A stretch of 36,878 nucleotides of DNA from a virus (IMGVR_UViG_3300017747_002624:1-36878); one strand, 5' to 3'; shown: positions 1 through 7,653, numbered from the stretch's first letter. Notes: a model not told the origin generated them from the letters alone. Translations and numbers: made by a program.

Positions 1-123
1 CGCGAAGCATGTCTCTCGGGCGCTGGATGATTGACTCGTCCAGAAACATCGGCTCACGGGGAAGGACAAGCTGCGTCATGAGTTGAACGCCAAGAGACTT
101 GACGCGACTTGACGTTCAAAGCG
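1..123. repeat. Terminal direct repeat, copy 1 (circular assembly overlap)
   Basis: 1-123 is identical to 36756-36878, and the overlap falls inside the CII-like gene. Confidence 0.95.
96..114 (+). promoter_or_regulatory. Candidate CII-type binding site / pRE-like promoter
   Basis: GACTTGACG repeated at 96-104 and 106-114 gives TTGA-N6-TTGA, the geometry of lambda CII sites (TTGC-N6-TTGC). It lies between cro and the CII-like start, facing cI. Confidence 0.45.
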
Positions 124-143
124 GCGTAAAAAAAGGGGCATGA

Positions 144-353
144 CTACGCCACCCTTTCGCGCTTGAAGATGTCTGGCCTGATTTCTTCGCGCGGTATGCC
201 GACGCGCTTCTCCCATTCGACAGCAGTCTCGGCGGAGGGCCTACGCGCCCCGCTCTCGACGTGCTGCACCATTGCAACGGAGCAGCCAAGCAGCTTGGCC
301 ATCTCCTGCCGCGAGATTCCGGCGCGGCTCCGATATGTTTGGATAGCGTTCAT
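144..353 (-). CDS. cro: Cro-like XRE helix-turn-helix repressor
   Basis: 69 aa HTH (SRQEMAKLLGCSVAMVQHVESG) ending in IRPDIF, typical of Cro/YdaS; divergent from cI. Confidence 0.85.
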   Translation of the reverse strand: MNAIQTYRSRAGISRQEMAKLLGCSVAMVQHVESGARRPSAETAVEWEKRVGIPREEIRPDIFKRERVA

Positions 354-354
354 A

Positions 355-403
355 AATACGGATGGTATTGAATGATTCCGCGCTTGTCAATACCCTCCGT
401 ATT
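355..403. promoter_or_regulatory. OR-like operators (two AATAC-N5-GTATT) overlapping a pR-like promoter
   Basis: Palindromes at 355-369 and 389-403; minus-strand TTGACA (390-385), 17 bp spacer, TACCAT (367-362). Confidence 0.85.
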
Positions 404-437
404 CCCTCTGGTTTATTCCCTTAGTTACGATAGAAAA

Positions 438-770
438 ATGGAATGGACCGATCGTTTCCGCATGTGGATTGCGGACAAGAATATTAGCCAGGCGCAAGCA
501 GGGGAGCGCATGGGCCTTACGCAGGGGGCCATTAGCCATTGGCTGACGAACAGGAACCCGATCCTGCTGCGCGACTTTTTCGCTCTGTGCAAGGCGGTTG
601 ACGCCGACCCGCAGATGATCCTTTTTGGCGCAACGCAACAAATGAAGGCCATAGACGAGATCCGCAAGATCATTGACTCCAAGCCCGAGCAGCACGCTCA
701 CCATGCCCCCCTCATGGCCAAACTCGAAGCCATCCCGCTACCGCCAAAACGCCGCAAAAAACACCCCTAA
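438..770 (+). CDS. cI: CI-like XRE repressor, short, no S24 peptidase domain
   Basis: HTH ISQAQAGERMGLTQGAISHWLTNR; divergent from cro; flanked by operators. Start placed at ATG 438. Confidence 0.8.
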   Translation: MEWTDRFRMWIADKNISQAQAGERMGLTQGAISHWLTNRNPILLRDFFALCKAVDADPQMILFGATQQMKAIDEIRKIIDSKPEQHAHHAPLMAKLEAIPLPPKRRKKHP

Positions 771-788
771 AAAAATTTGTTGAAAGTT

Positions 789-830
789 AATACGATTGGT
801 ATTGACAGCAGATAATACGGTGTGTATTCT
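789..830 (+). promoter_or_regulatory. OL-like operators (two AATAC-N5-GTATT) overlapping a pL-like promoter
   Basis: Palindromes at 789-803 and 814-828; TTGACA (802-807), 17 bp spacer, TATTCT (825-830). Confidence 0.85.
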
Positions 831-875
831 CCTCTCCATCGGCTCCCGCATCGGGGGCGAAACGAGGAGAGCGAT

Positions 876-1265
876 ATGGGACAAGCAGCAACGGTAGCAG
901 CCCCCCGGCGCGACAACTTTCTGAACGTTGACCGCTTGGTCAACCTCGCCGCCGACCAGTACGCCGACGATCTTCTGATCCTGCAAGGTCGCCTGACCTC
1001 CGCGCTTGAAACGTCTGACCCGTGGGGCGACTGGGCCGACTACGAGCACGAGATCGGCGAAGCGGTCCGCAAAGCGATGGCCGACACCCGCGACGAGTCG
1101 CTCTCCGTGCGCCGCTCCTGCATCGGTGCGGCTGCGATGGAAGCGGTCAAGGCCCGCGCTGCGGTGATGGCTGCGCAATACATCGCGGCGAACCAGCCGA
1201 GCGCAATCGATCTTCTTGAAATCTTCAACGACGAACGCGAGTTCAAGCGTTGGGCAGGGCTGTAA
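876..1265 (+). CDS. Hypothetical early protein
   Basis: GAGGAG RBS before ATG 876; first gene after pL. Confidence 0.75.
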   Translation: MGQAATVAAPRRDNFLNVDRLVNLAADQYADDLLILQGRLTSALETSDPWGDWADYEHEIGEAVRKAMADTRDESLSVRRSCIGAAAMEAVKARAAVMAAQYIAANQPSAIDLLEIFNDEREFKRWAGL

Positions 1266-1504
1266 TGAGCCTTTTTCATTGCCCCGACTGTGGCGCGGGC
1301 TACATCGAGACCAAGTACACGGAATGCGTCGTGTGCGGGTTCGACTTCACGCGCCGCCCGATGATCCCGCACACCGACACGGACGAGCACTCGCCGTACT
1401 ACGAGCGCAAGTCGAAGGAGGATTCCCAAGTCATCGCCGCATGGTGCGTCATCGGGATGCTTGTGATCTTCGCAATTGCCGCCTTGTGGAAAGCGTATTC
1501 ATGA
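1265..1504 (+). CDS. Zn-ribbon protein with C-terminal transmembrane helix
   Basis: CPDC...CVVC plus a hydrophobic C-terminus; TAATG coupling. Confidence 0.65.
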   Translation: MSLFHCPDCGAGYIETKYTECVVCGFDFTRRPMIPHTDTDEHSPYYERKSKEDSQVIAAWCVIGMLVIFAIAALWKAYS

Positions 1505-1581
1505 CCCCCCTCACCGGCGGCGAAATCGTCCTGCTCACCCTCGCGGCGCTTTGCATTGCGCTCGCGTTCACCGGAGATTGA
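1501..1581 (+). CDS. 26-aa hydrophobic peptide
   Basis: ATGA overlap with the previous gene; MTPLTGGEIVLLTLAALCIALAFTGD. Confidence 0.45.
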   Translation: MTPLTGGEIVLLTLAALCIALAFTGD

Positions 1582-1582
1582 C

Positions 1583-1765
1583 ATGCTCACCACCCTGATC
1601 CGGGACTTCTTCTTCTCGTACTGGTACAGCCAGGCCGACTACCTGCGCCAGCGACTGCAGGAGATTGACGCCGAGGAATACAACCTTCAGCGGGAGCGCC
1701 AGAAACTCCGGGCGCGACTGAACAAGGCCGATGCGAAGTGCTGCGAGTACGCGAGGACGGCGTGA
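1583..1765 (+). CDS. Hypothetical coiled-coil protein
   Basis: GGAG RBS; tight operon packing. Confidence 0.65.
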   Translation: MLTTLIRDFFFSYWYSQADYLRQRLQEIDAEEYNLQRERQKLRARLNKADAKCCEYARTA

Positions 1766-1995
1766 GCTACGACCAAGACGACGATGGACGCGCCATGCAG
1801 GAACTGGACGCAGAGCGCCTGCAACGGACGCTGGAGACCCTTGACCGCGTACAGGCAGGCGAAGCCAACGACGAGGACGTGGCGTTCCTGGCGGCGGAAC
1901 TGGGAGTGTCCGAATGGATGCAGAAGCCCTCGCGTGGGTACGCGACTACGAGCAGCACGAACTTCAATCTTTTCCAACAGGAGATGACAGCATGA
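1762..1995 (+). CDS. Hypothetical acidic protein
   Basis: GTGA and ATGA overlaps with both neighbours. Confidence 0.6.
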   Translation: MSYDQDDDGRAMQELDAERLQRTLETLDRVQAGEANDEDVAFLAAELGVSEWMQKPSRGYATTSSTNFNLFQQEMTA

Positions 1996-2594
1996 AATGG
2001 TCAGACAGCGGCGGCGGTGATTTTGAGCAACCCCCGGTCGGCACCACCGTAGCCCGGTGCGTGAAGATCATCGACATCGGCACGCAGAAGGGCGAATACC
2101 AGGGAAAGGCCACCAGCAAGCGCCAGTGCATCATCGGGTGGGAGCTGCCGAACGAACTTATGGGCGAAGGCGAACACGCCGGGAAGCCCTTCACCGTGTC
2201 CAAGTTCTACACGGCCTCCCTCGGCGAGAAGGCGAATCTCCGGAAGGATCTGGAGAACTGGCGCGGGCGGGCATTCACCGAGCAGGAACTGGCCGGGTTC
2301 GAGAGCAAGAACATCCTTGGAAAGCCCTGCATGCTCTCGCTCACCCTGAACGACAAGAACAAGGTGCGCGTGTCGGGCGTGATGGCGGTCCCGAAAGGAA
2401 TGAACGTCCCGGAGCAATTCAATCCGACCGTCTATTTCTCGCTGGATGACTTCGATCCGGCTGTGTACGAAGGGCTTTCGGACGGCATCAAGAAGATGAT
2501 CGCCGCCAGCCCGGAGTACGTGAGCGCCATGCAGCGCGGTCCGCGTCCGGCTCCCGGCAGCATCGGCGACATGGAAGATGACATCCCGTTCTGA
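1992..2594 (+). CDS. Phage ssDNA-binding / replication-recombination protein with SSB-type acidic tail
   Basis: ARCVKIIDIGTQ and SLGEKANLRKDLENWRGRAF are recurrent phage motifs; C-terminal MEDDIPF; GGAG RBS. Confidence 0.7.
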   Translation: MKWSDSGGGDFEQPPVGTTVARCVKIIDIGTQKGEYQGKATSKRQCIIGWELPNELMGEGEHAGKPFTVSKFYTASLGEKANLRKDLENWRGRAFTEQELAGFESKNILGKPCMLSLTLNDKNKVRVSGVMAVPKGMNVPEQFNPTVYFSLDDFDPAVYEGLSDGIKKMIAASPEYVSAMQRGPRPAPGSIGDMEDDIPF

Positions 2595-2595
2595 C

Positions 2596-2880
2596 ATGTT
2601 TCCGGCTGACGACATCCTGATTGCTCGCGGGAAGTACACCACGCTTTCCCGCGAGCGCGGAGCGCAAGTTCGCCGCGTGCAGGAAATTTGCACGACGATC
2701 CTGCAGGCGAGCAACGCCACGCTCAAGGATTGCCAGGAGCGCCCGCCGATGAACGCGCAACCGCTCGCCACGCTGGAGAAGTGTGTCGCCAACCTCAAGG
2801 ATGCGCGGGAACGCATTACCACCCTGTGCATCGAAATGGACGGCCTGCGCGGGCTGGCTTGGGAAGGGGCCGAGGAATGA
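2596..2880 (+). CDS. Hypothetical protein
   Basis: Operon packing; ATGA overlap downstream. Confidence 0.6.
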   Translation: MFPADDILIARGKYTTLSRERGAQVRRVQEICTTILQASNATLKDCQERPPMNAQPLATLEKCVANLKDARERITTLCIEMDGLRGLAWEGAEE

Positions 2881-3266
2881 CGCCGCAAACGATCGTCCTC
2901 GACTCCGAGCAACGCCGCGCAAGGGCGCTCGACATCCTCGGCAAGCTGCCGCTGGCGCAACCGTGGGAGGTCACCATCGCCCCGCACAAAGAGCGCCGCA
3001 GCAGCCTGCAGAACGCCCGGCTGTGGGCCTTGCACACACGGGCCGGGGAGGTGACGGGGTACGCCCCGGAAGAAATGCACGAAATCGCGCTTTGTCGGCA
3101 CTTCGGCTACACCGAGCGCGAATGCAAAAACCCGCTGACCGGCGAAATCGAACTGCGCCGCATTCCGAACAAGCGCAGCAGCCAGCGGGACAAGAAGGAA
3201 TTCGCCGGGTTCATGGAGGCGACGGAGGCGTTCTACATCTCCGAACTCGGCGTGTGGTTGGAATAA
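2877..3266 (+). CDS. ninB: NinB/Orf-family recombination protein
   Basis: EVTIAPHKERRSSLQNARLWAL and C-terminal SSQRDKKEFAGFME match the NinB pattern. Confidence 0.75.
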   Translation: MTPQTIVLDSEQRRARALDILGKLPLAQPWEVTIAPHKERRSSLQNARLWALHTRAGEVTGYAPEEMHEIALCRHFGYTERECKNPLTGEIELRRIPNKRSSQRDKKEFAGFMEATEAFYISELGVWLE

Positions 3267-3274
3267 CGATCAAT

Positions 3275-3352
3275 GGACAGCCCGGCGAACTCCCTGCGGA
3301 TGCATACCCTCCCCGTGCTTTTTTGCGCCGCATAGCAACGCCGTGGCTGTCC
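3275..3352 (+). other. Intergenic multi-stem hairpin (candidate structured RNA)
   Basis: Nested complementary pairs GGACAGCC/GGCTGTCC, CGGCG/CGCCG, TGCGG/CCGCA, GCA/TGC. Confidence 0.45.
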
Positions 3353-3375
3353 GCCCCTACCCAAGGAGAGAAGCG

Positions 3376-3645
3376 ATGATGAAACCCCTGCCCTGCCCGT
3401 TCTGCTCGGATCCCGATCCCGCGATCGATGAGGTCGAGCTTCGCGTCTGGGCGCTGGTCTGCAACGGATGCGGCTGCACCGGACCGATCGAGGATTACGA
3501 CAACGCGAAGCAGTCCCCGGAGCGTGCGGTCGAGCTGTGGAACCGGCGCGGTGGCGATGAGCAACCGGCGAGCGAGCCGGTCCCGGAGATGATTCCGGGG
3601 ACGCTGGAGGCGCTTGCATCCATCGGCGCGACCCTGCGCAAATGA
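3376..3645 (+). CDS. lar: Lar-family restriction alleviation protein
   Basis: KPLPCPFC...VCNGCGCTGP...AVELWNRR is the Lar signature; AGGAG RBS. Confidence 0.8.
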   Translation: MMKPLPCPFCSDPDPAIDEVELRVWALVCNGCGCTGPIEDYDNAKQSPERAVELWNRRGGDEQPASEPVPEMIPGTLEALASIGATLRK

Positions 3646-4052
3646 ACCCCTCCCTCCGCCTGCTCCTCCTCTCCGCCGCGCTCTCGGCGGGATGTACCGC
3701 ACCGCTCAAGGCGACTGCTCCCGAGGGTTGGCCGGAGCTTCAGACCATCGAGCGGCTGAACGTAGCGGCGGAGGAAGTGTCTGCGGCGTGCGACACCACC
3801 GACCGGATCGCCGCGTGCTCTCGGGTGAACTTGTGCGCCAAGACCTGCACGCAGTATTACCGGGAGGGCCAGGATACGCCCGCCATCCGCGAACACGAGA
3901 ACGCGCATTGCAAGGGCCGGGATCATTGGTTCTCAAGCGTGCTGGCGGATCTGCTGGCCCGATGGAAGCGCGGAGAGGAATGCTCGGGCGGCGTGTCGAA
4001 GCAGGACCACGACAACGCGGGCGCGGCGTTCACGTTGATGCTTTTACTTTGA
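3642..4052 (+). CDS. Putative lipoprotein with HExxH motif
   Basis: Signal peptide ending LSAGC; Cys-rich; HENAH. Confidence 0.55.
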   Translation: MNPSLRLLLLSAALSAGCTAPLKATAPEGWPELQTIERLNVAAEEVSAACDTTDRIAACSRVNLCAKTCTQYYREGQDTPAIREHENAHCKGRDHWFSSVLADLLARWKRGEECSGGVSKQDHDNAGAAFTLMLLL

Positions 4053-4064
4053 AGGGATGACGAG

Positions 4065-4493
4065 ATGAGCGAGAAAGACGGAGGACCGGCGCAGGGCCAA
4101 ATGAGCGAGCCGGTGGCGTGGATGACTCCGGGCGGCGATGTGTCGCGTAGCTTGGCATGGTGCAAGGAACGCTGCTGGCCGGATGGTGAGCAACCGATGC
4201 CCCTCTACGCCTCGTCCCGCGACTACGCTCAGGGCGTGGCGGATGCGGCGAGGGTGTGCCGAGAAATATGGCAGAACGCACCCAATGATCGCCCGGAGTA
4301 TCGGCAAAACGAAATCTCGCACGGATGCTTGGCATGTGAGCAAGCCATCCGCGCCCTATCCTCGCCGCCGAGCGTGAGCGAAGAGTGGGTGGAGAAGATC
4401 ATCGACGACGCTGGAATGCGCCCGCATCCGTTCTCTGCGCGTATCGCCATTAAAGCTGCTCTCGCCGCGCTTGGCATTGAGGTGACGAAATGA
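4065..4493 (+). CDS. Hypothetical protein (EPVAW-type early mosaic protein)
   Basis: SEPVAWM...PLY is common in prophage early genes. Confidence 0.6.
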   Translation: MSEKDGGPAQGQMSEPVAWMTPGGDVSRSLAWCKERCWPDGEQPMPLYASSRDYAQGVADAARVCREIWQNAPNDRPEYRQNEISHGCLACEQAIRALSSPPSVSEEWVEKIIDDAGMRPHPFSARIAIKAALAALGIEVTK

Positions 4494-4789
4494 GCGACAC
4501 GCCCCGGACGGATGCGCTTTGCAGAGGGACGTACAAAGCAGATACGACGCAAGGTTTGCTCAATCTGGCAATTGAACTTGCCCGCGACCTTGAGCGCGAG
4601 AACGCCGCCCTCCGCGCAGATGTCGAGAAGTTGAGGGTGGATGCGGAGAATTACAGGTGGCTCATTGGCGACCTGTACAAGCCGAAAGAAATGGAAGCGC
4701 GCCAGAGACTGCTTCAACGAATGGACATGATGGGCAGAGGCGCTATTGCTGCCGCCATCGACGCCGCCCGAGCAGATCAACCCGAGTAG
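4490..4789 (+). CDS. Hypothetical protein
   Basis: MSDTPRTDA...ARDLERENAAL...DAENYRWL; GAGG RBS. Confidence 0.7.
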   Translation: MSDTPRTDALCRGTYKADTTQGLLNLAIELARDLERENAALRADVEKLRVDAENYRWLIGDLYKPKEMEARQRLLQRMDMMGRGAIAAAIDAARADQPE

Positions 4790-4814
4790 CACAGGCAAGC
4801 CGACAGCCTGTTCA

Positions 4815-4985
4815 ATGTCGGCATTTTTGGAGATAAAACCCATAAAAGCAATCGAAGATGCAATCACGTTGTTGGCTGAAAAAATCACTGGTGAAGTCAA
4901 GGCCGATGATGCGTTGAAATACACGCAGTCTGCATTGAACTTGGCTCACACGATGCAAGTGCTTAAACAAACAAAGCAAGCGTAA
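4815..4985 (+). CDS. Small helical hypothetical protein (start uncertain)
   Basis: AT-rich ORF; ATG 4815, or an in-frame ATA at 4842 behind GGAG at 4829-4832. Confidence 0.55.
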   Translation: MSAFLEIKPIKAIEDAITLLAEKITGEVKADDALKYTQSALNLAHTMQVLKQTKQA

Positions 4986-4990
4986 TAAAC

Positions 4991-5021
4991 GAGGACCGGG
5001 CAGCAAGTAGGTCCGGTCCTC
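4991..5021. other. Intergenic hairpin
   Basis: GAGGACCGG (4991-4999) pairs with CCGGTCCTC (5013-5021); no U-tract. Confidence 0.5.
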
Positions 5022-5043
5022 ACCCGACAGAAGGAGGCAAATC

Positions 5044-5553
5044 GTGAGCGTTGAAGCGTTAAAACGATACGGAAATCACGACTGGGATTGCCGCTTGCGA
5101 TTGCACTGTGAACCCTGCACATGCGGATTCGACGCCGCGATCAAGGCCGCGCAGACGCCCGAGCCGATGAGCGATGAGCGGAGAGAGGAAACGATTCAGC
5201 GCGGAATGCGACTCGCATGGCAACTAGGCCAAACGTATTGGCAGCAAGCAGATAGCGAAAGCCGGAAGCAGAACGCAATGGCGAAGGAAACAATCCGCAA
5301 ATTTGATGCGTTGCTTACGGAGACAGTCACACTCATCTCAACGCAGCCTGACGGGTGGGTGAGCGTGCCGAGGGAACCGACAGACGAGCAAGAGTTTGCA
5401 GGCGGAACGGTTCTCTGGGAAAAACAGTTTGAAGGAACTCCGTGGCAAAACAAGGTGAAACTGATTGATCCTTCCAGCATGGGGGAATACAACGAAGTCG
5501 CACGCCATGTCTACGAAGCCATGCTCGCCGCCGCGCCGAAGGAGGCGAGATGA
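5044..5553 (+). CDS. Hypothetical mosaic early protein
   Basis: GGAGG RBS; PDGWVSVPREPT...YEAMLAAAP is a recurrent prophage module. Confidence 0.7.
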   Translation: MSVEALKRYGNHDWDCRLRLHCEPCTCGFDAAIKAAQTPEPMSDERREETIQRGMRLAWQLGQTYWQQADSESRKQNAMAKETIRKFDALLTETVTLISTQPDGWVSVPREPTDEQEFAGGTVLWEKQFEGTPWQNKVKLIDPSSMGEYNEVARHVYEAMLAAAPKEAR

Positions 5554-5729
5554 CCGAGGCTGAGAAGCTGGCGCAGAGGTTGGACGAATTGCAGGCGTTT
5601 CAGCAGTCACTCCAGACCGGCAATCCTATCCCGACCATACACGGTGATGCCGCCGCCCTGATCCGCGAGCAGGAAGCGAAGATAAAGTGGATGGGGGAGG
5701 CGCTGCGCGATGCGGGAATAGCTCCATGA
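5550..5729 (+). CDS. Hypothetical 59-aa protein (below the ORF track cutoff)
   Basis: GGAGG RBS; ATGA overlaps at both ends; MTEAEKLAQRLDEL... Confidence 0.6.
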   Translation: MTEAEKLAQRLDELQAFQQSLQTGNPIPTIHGDAAALIREQEAKIKWMGEALRDAGIAP

Positions 5730-5908
5730 TCCCGACCGCGAAGCTGAGATGGTTTGATACGCGACTGCGCGGGGAGGCAGGCAAGGACTACCCTTCTGCG
5801 ATTAGCGGCGGGGATTACCGCACACTCGTATTGCAGCAATGGTGGGAGTCGGGCTACGAAGGCGAGTCCGGCGAATGGCGCGACATACCGATTGCGAGGG
5901 AAGAATGA
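5726..5908 (+). CDS. Hypothetical protein
   Basis: MIPTAKLRWF...VLQQWW...GEWRDIP; coupled start. Confidence 0.65.
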   Translation: MIPTAKLRWFDTRLRGEAGKDYPSAISGGDYRTLVLQQWWESGYEGESGEWRDIPIAREE

Positions 5909-6165
5909 GCGGGCGAATATTTATTGACAGCTTTTCGGGCGATCTTGCTGATTTGATGCCGCGACAACGGTCCCCGCGCATTGCATTAAATGTGCTAAAA
6001 AAATCCCCTCGCGTCAGTTGCTTTGATATGGATAAACGGTGGCTGCAATATTTGATCCGAGATTTGAAGCGCGACGGGCTGATTGAAGAACTTCCAGAAT
6101 CGTACCCGTGGATCAAATTCGCGCTGACAGAAAAAGGTGAGCAACAGATCAAGGAGGAAGCATGA
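5905..6165 (+). CDS. Hypothetical protein, possibly winged helix
   Basis: LIRDLKRDGLIEE...FALTEKG resembles a winged-helix C-terminus. Confidence 0.55.
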   Translation: MSGRIFIDSFSGDLADLMPRQRSPRIALNVLKKSPRVSCFDMDKRWLQYLIRDLKRDGLIEELPESYPWIKFALTEKGEQQIKEEA

Positions 6166-6341
6166 CGCCCGAGAGAGAGAAGCAACTAGCAGACGAAGCG
6201 GGGCGCAACACCGTGTCTCAGTACAACATGGACGCGACTTATACCCGAGTCGGCAATGTCGTGACTATCAGCGGATCAATTCTGCTAGGTAACGATGCAC
6301 AGCAGCATATCCGCGCCTTGAAGTTGAAGGAGGAACCTTGA
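6162..6341 (+). CDS. Hypothetical 59-aa protein (below the ORF track cutoff)
   Basis: AGGAGG RBS; ATGA overlap; stop overlaps the xis start. Confidence 0.55.
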   Translation: MTPEREKQLADEAGRNTVSQYNMDATYTRVGNVVTISGSILLGNDAQQHIRALKLKEEP

Positions 6342-6565
6342 GCGAGACGATACCCTTTGACCGCGTGATTTGGAGCGCGGAGAAGTGCGCCGCGTACTTC
6401 GAGGTAAGCACGGACACCTTCCTGAAAAAGACGCGCCACGCGAAAGGCTTCCCGGCCCCGCTCGACATGCCTGGGCATCCCCGCTGGCGTGCGTCCCTTG
6501 TCACCGCATGGGCGGTTGGCGACCTTATCACGCTAGGTTCACGCGAAACCACTCTAAGCCGCTGA
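6338..6565 (+). CDS. xis: Excisionase / AlpA-like recombination directionality factor
   Basis: CAAYFEVSTDTF...GFPAP...PRWRASLVTAW; adjacent to attP and integrase; AGGAGG RBS. Confidence 0.75.
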   Translation: MSETIPFDRVIWSAEKCAAYFEVSTDTFLKKTRHAKGFPAPLDMPGHPRWRASLVTAWAVGDLITLGSRETTLSR

Positions 6566-6696
6566 TTCTAGGGCTTCTGCGTTTCCCTTCCTCGGCACCA
6601 CTACCCCAAGCAATAACTTTCCTTCCCTATGAAACCCGGAATTATCCGGGTGTTTTGCTTCCTTTTCCGGCATAGTTTCACGCAATTTTTACGCAA
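6527..6696 (+). other. attP: core matching a tRNA 3' end (about 6583-6600) flanked by arm-type repeats
   Basis: TTCCCTTCCTCGGCACCA ends in CCA and complements a GCCGAGG acceptor stem (tRNA-Leu-like). (T/A)T(C/T)ACGC repeats occur at 6527/6538 and 6677/6688, each pair 11 bp apart. Confidence 0.75.
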
Positions 6697-6708
6697 CCGG
6701 GAGGGGGC

Positions 6709-7653
6709 TTGCCGACATTCCGCAAATCCGGCACAGGTTGGCGAGCCGAAGTGTACCGCCGAGGCATCCGCCGATCCGCCACATTCCCGAGCAAAGCCGC
6801 TGCGGTTGCATGGGCCGGTCAGCAGGAATCGGAGATCATGGCCGGAGTCCGGGGCGAAATCCCCAACAAGACCTTCGGCGACCTCCTGACCCGGTACGCC
6901 TTGGAAGTCTCGGCCCATAAACGCGGCGCACGGTGGGAGTCTATCCGAATCGACCTCCTGAAACGCAACGCAATCGCCCTAGTGCCGCTCAAGACGCTAG
7001 ATGCGCCCCATGTCGCCGCGTGGCGGGACAGGCGCTTGCAGGAGGTGTCCGGGGCGTCTGTGCGCCGGGAATGGAACTTGTTGAGCCATGCCTGCAATAT
7101 CGCGGTCAAGGAATGGCGGTGGCTGCGGTCGAACCCGTTTCAGAGCGTGCGCCGCCCGAAGGATGCCGCCCCGCGTGACCGGATTCTGACAGCCGAGGAC
7201 CGCGCCAAGTTGATTGAAGCCGCCGAGTCGCCGGACCAGAAGCGCGTTTTGGCTGCTGCCTGGTTCGCAGTCGAGACGGGGATGCGCCTAAAGGAAGTGT
7301 GCCGGCTGACTGCGGAGGATGTCTCCGGGGCGGTGGCGTTTATCCGGGAGTCCAAGACCGTGCCGCGCCCCTGTCCGCTGTCTGCCGAGGCTTTACGGCT
7401 GATTGGCGAAGGGGCGAAGGTCGGCCCGATATTCGGCTACAAGGAAGGGGCTTTGGGCAAGGCGTGGCGGGAATTGTGCGTCAAGGCGGGCGTGCCGGAT
7501 CTGCACTTCCACGACCTGAGACATACCGCGATCACGCAATTGGCGGGGAAGCTCGACGTTCTGGAACTGGCGCGGATGGTCGGGATTCGGGACTTGCGGG
7601 TACTCATGGTCTACTTCAACAAGACCGCCGAGGACATCGCCAAACGGCTTTAG
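6709..7653 (+). CDS. int: Tyrosine recombinase / phage integrase
   Basis: TGMRLKE, SKT, FHDLRHT and C-terminal Tyr (LMVYFN); N-terminal arm-binding region. Confidence 0.95.
   Translation: MPTFRKSGTGWRAEVYRRGIRRSATFPSKAAAVAWAGQQESEIMAGVRGEIPNKTFGDLLTRYALEVSAHKRGARWESIRIDLLKRNAIALVPLKTLDAPHVAAWRDRRLQEVSGASVRREWNLLSHACNIAVKEWRWLRSNPFQSVRRPKDAAPRDRILTAEDRAKLIEAAESPDQKRVLAAAWFAVETGMRLKEVCRLTAEDVSGAVAFIRESKTVPRPCPLSAEALRLIGEGAKVGPIFGYKEGALGKAWRELCVKAGVPDLHFHDLRHTAITQLAGKLDVLELARMVGIRDLRVLMVYFNKTAEDIAKRL

Noticed and set aside
1-123. Terminal repeat as a biological packaging DTR
   Set aside because: It is an exact overlap that cuts through a gene, best explained by circular assembly; the packaging mode cannot be read from it.
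4770-4822. Programmed -1 frameshift or readthrough at the pseudoknot
   Set aside because: There is no slippery heptamer, the downstream ORF is in the +1 frame, and the structure starts only 1 nt after the stop.
6583-6600. tRNA gene
   Set aside because: Only the 3' ~18 nt are present, with no D or anticodon arm; treated as the attP core.
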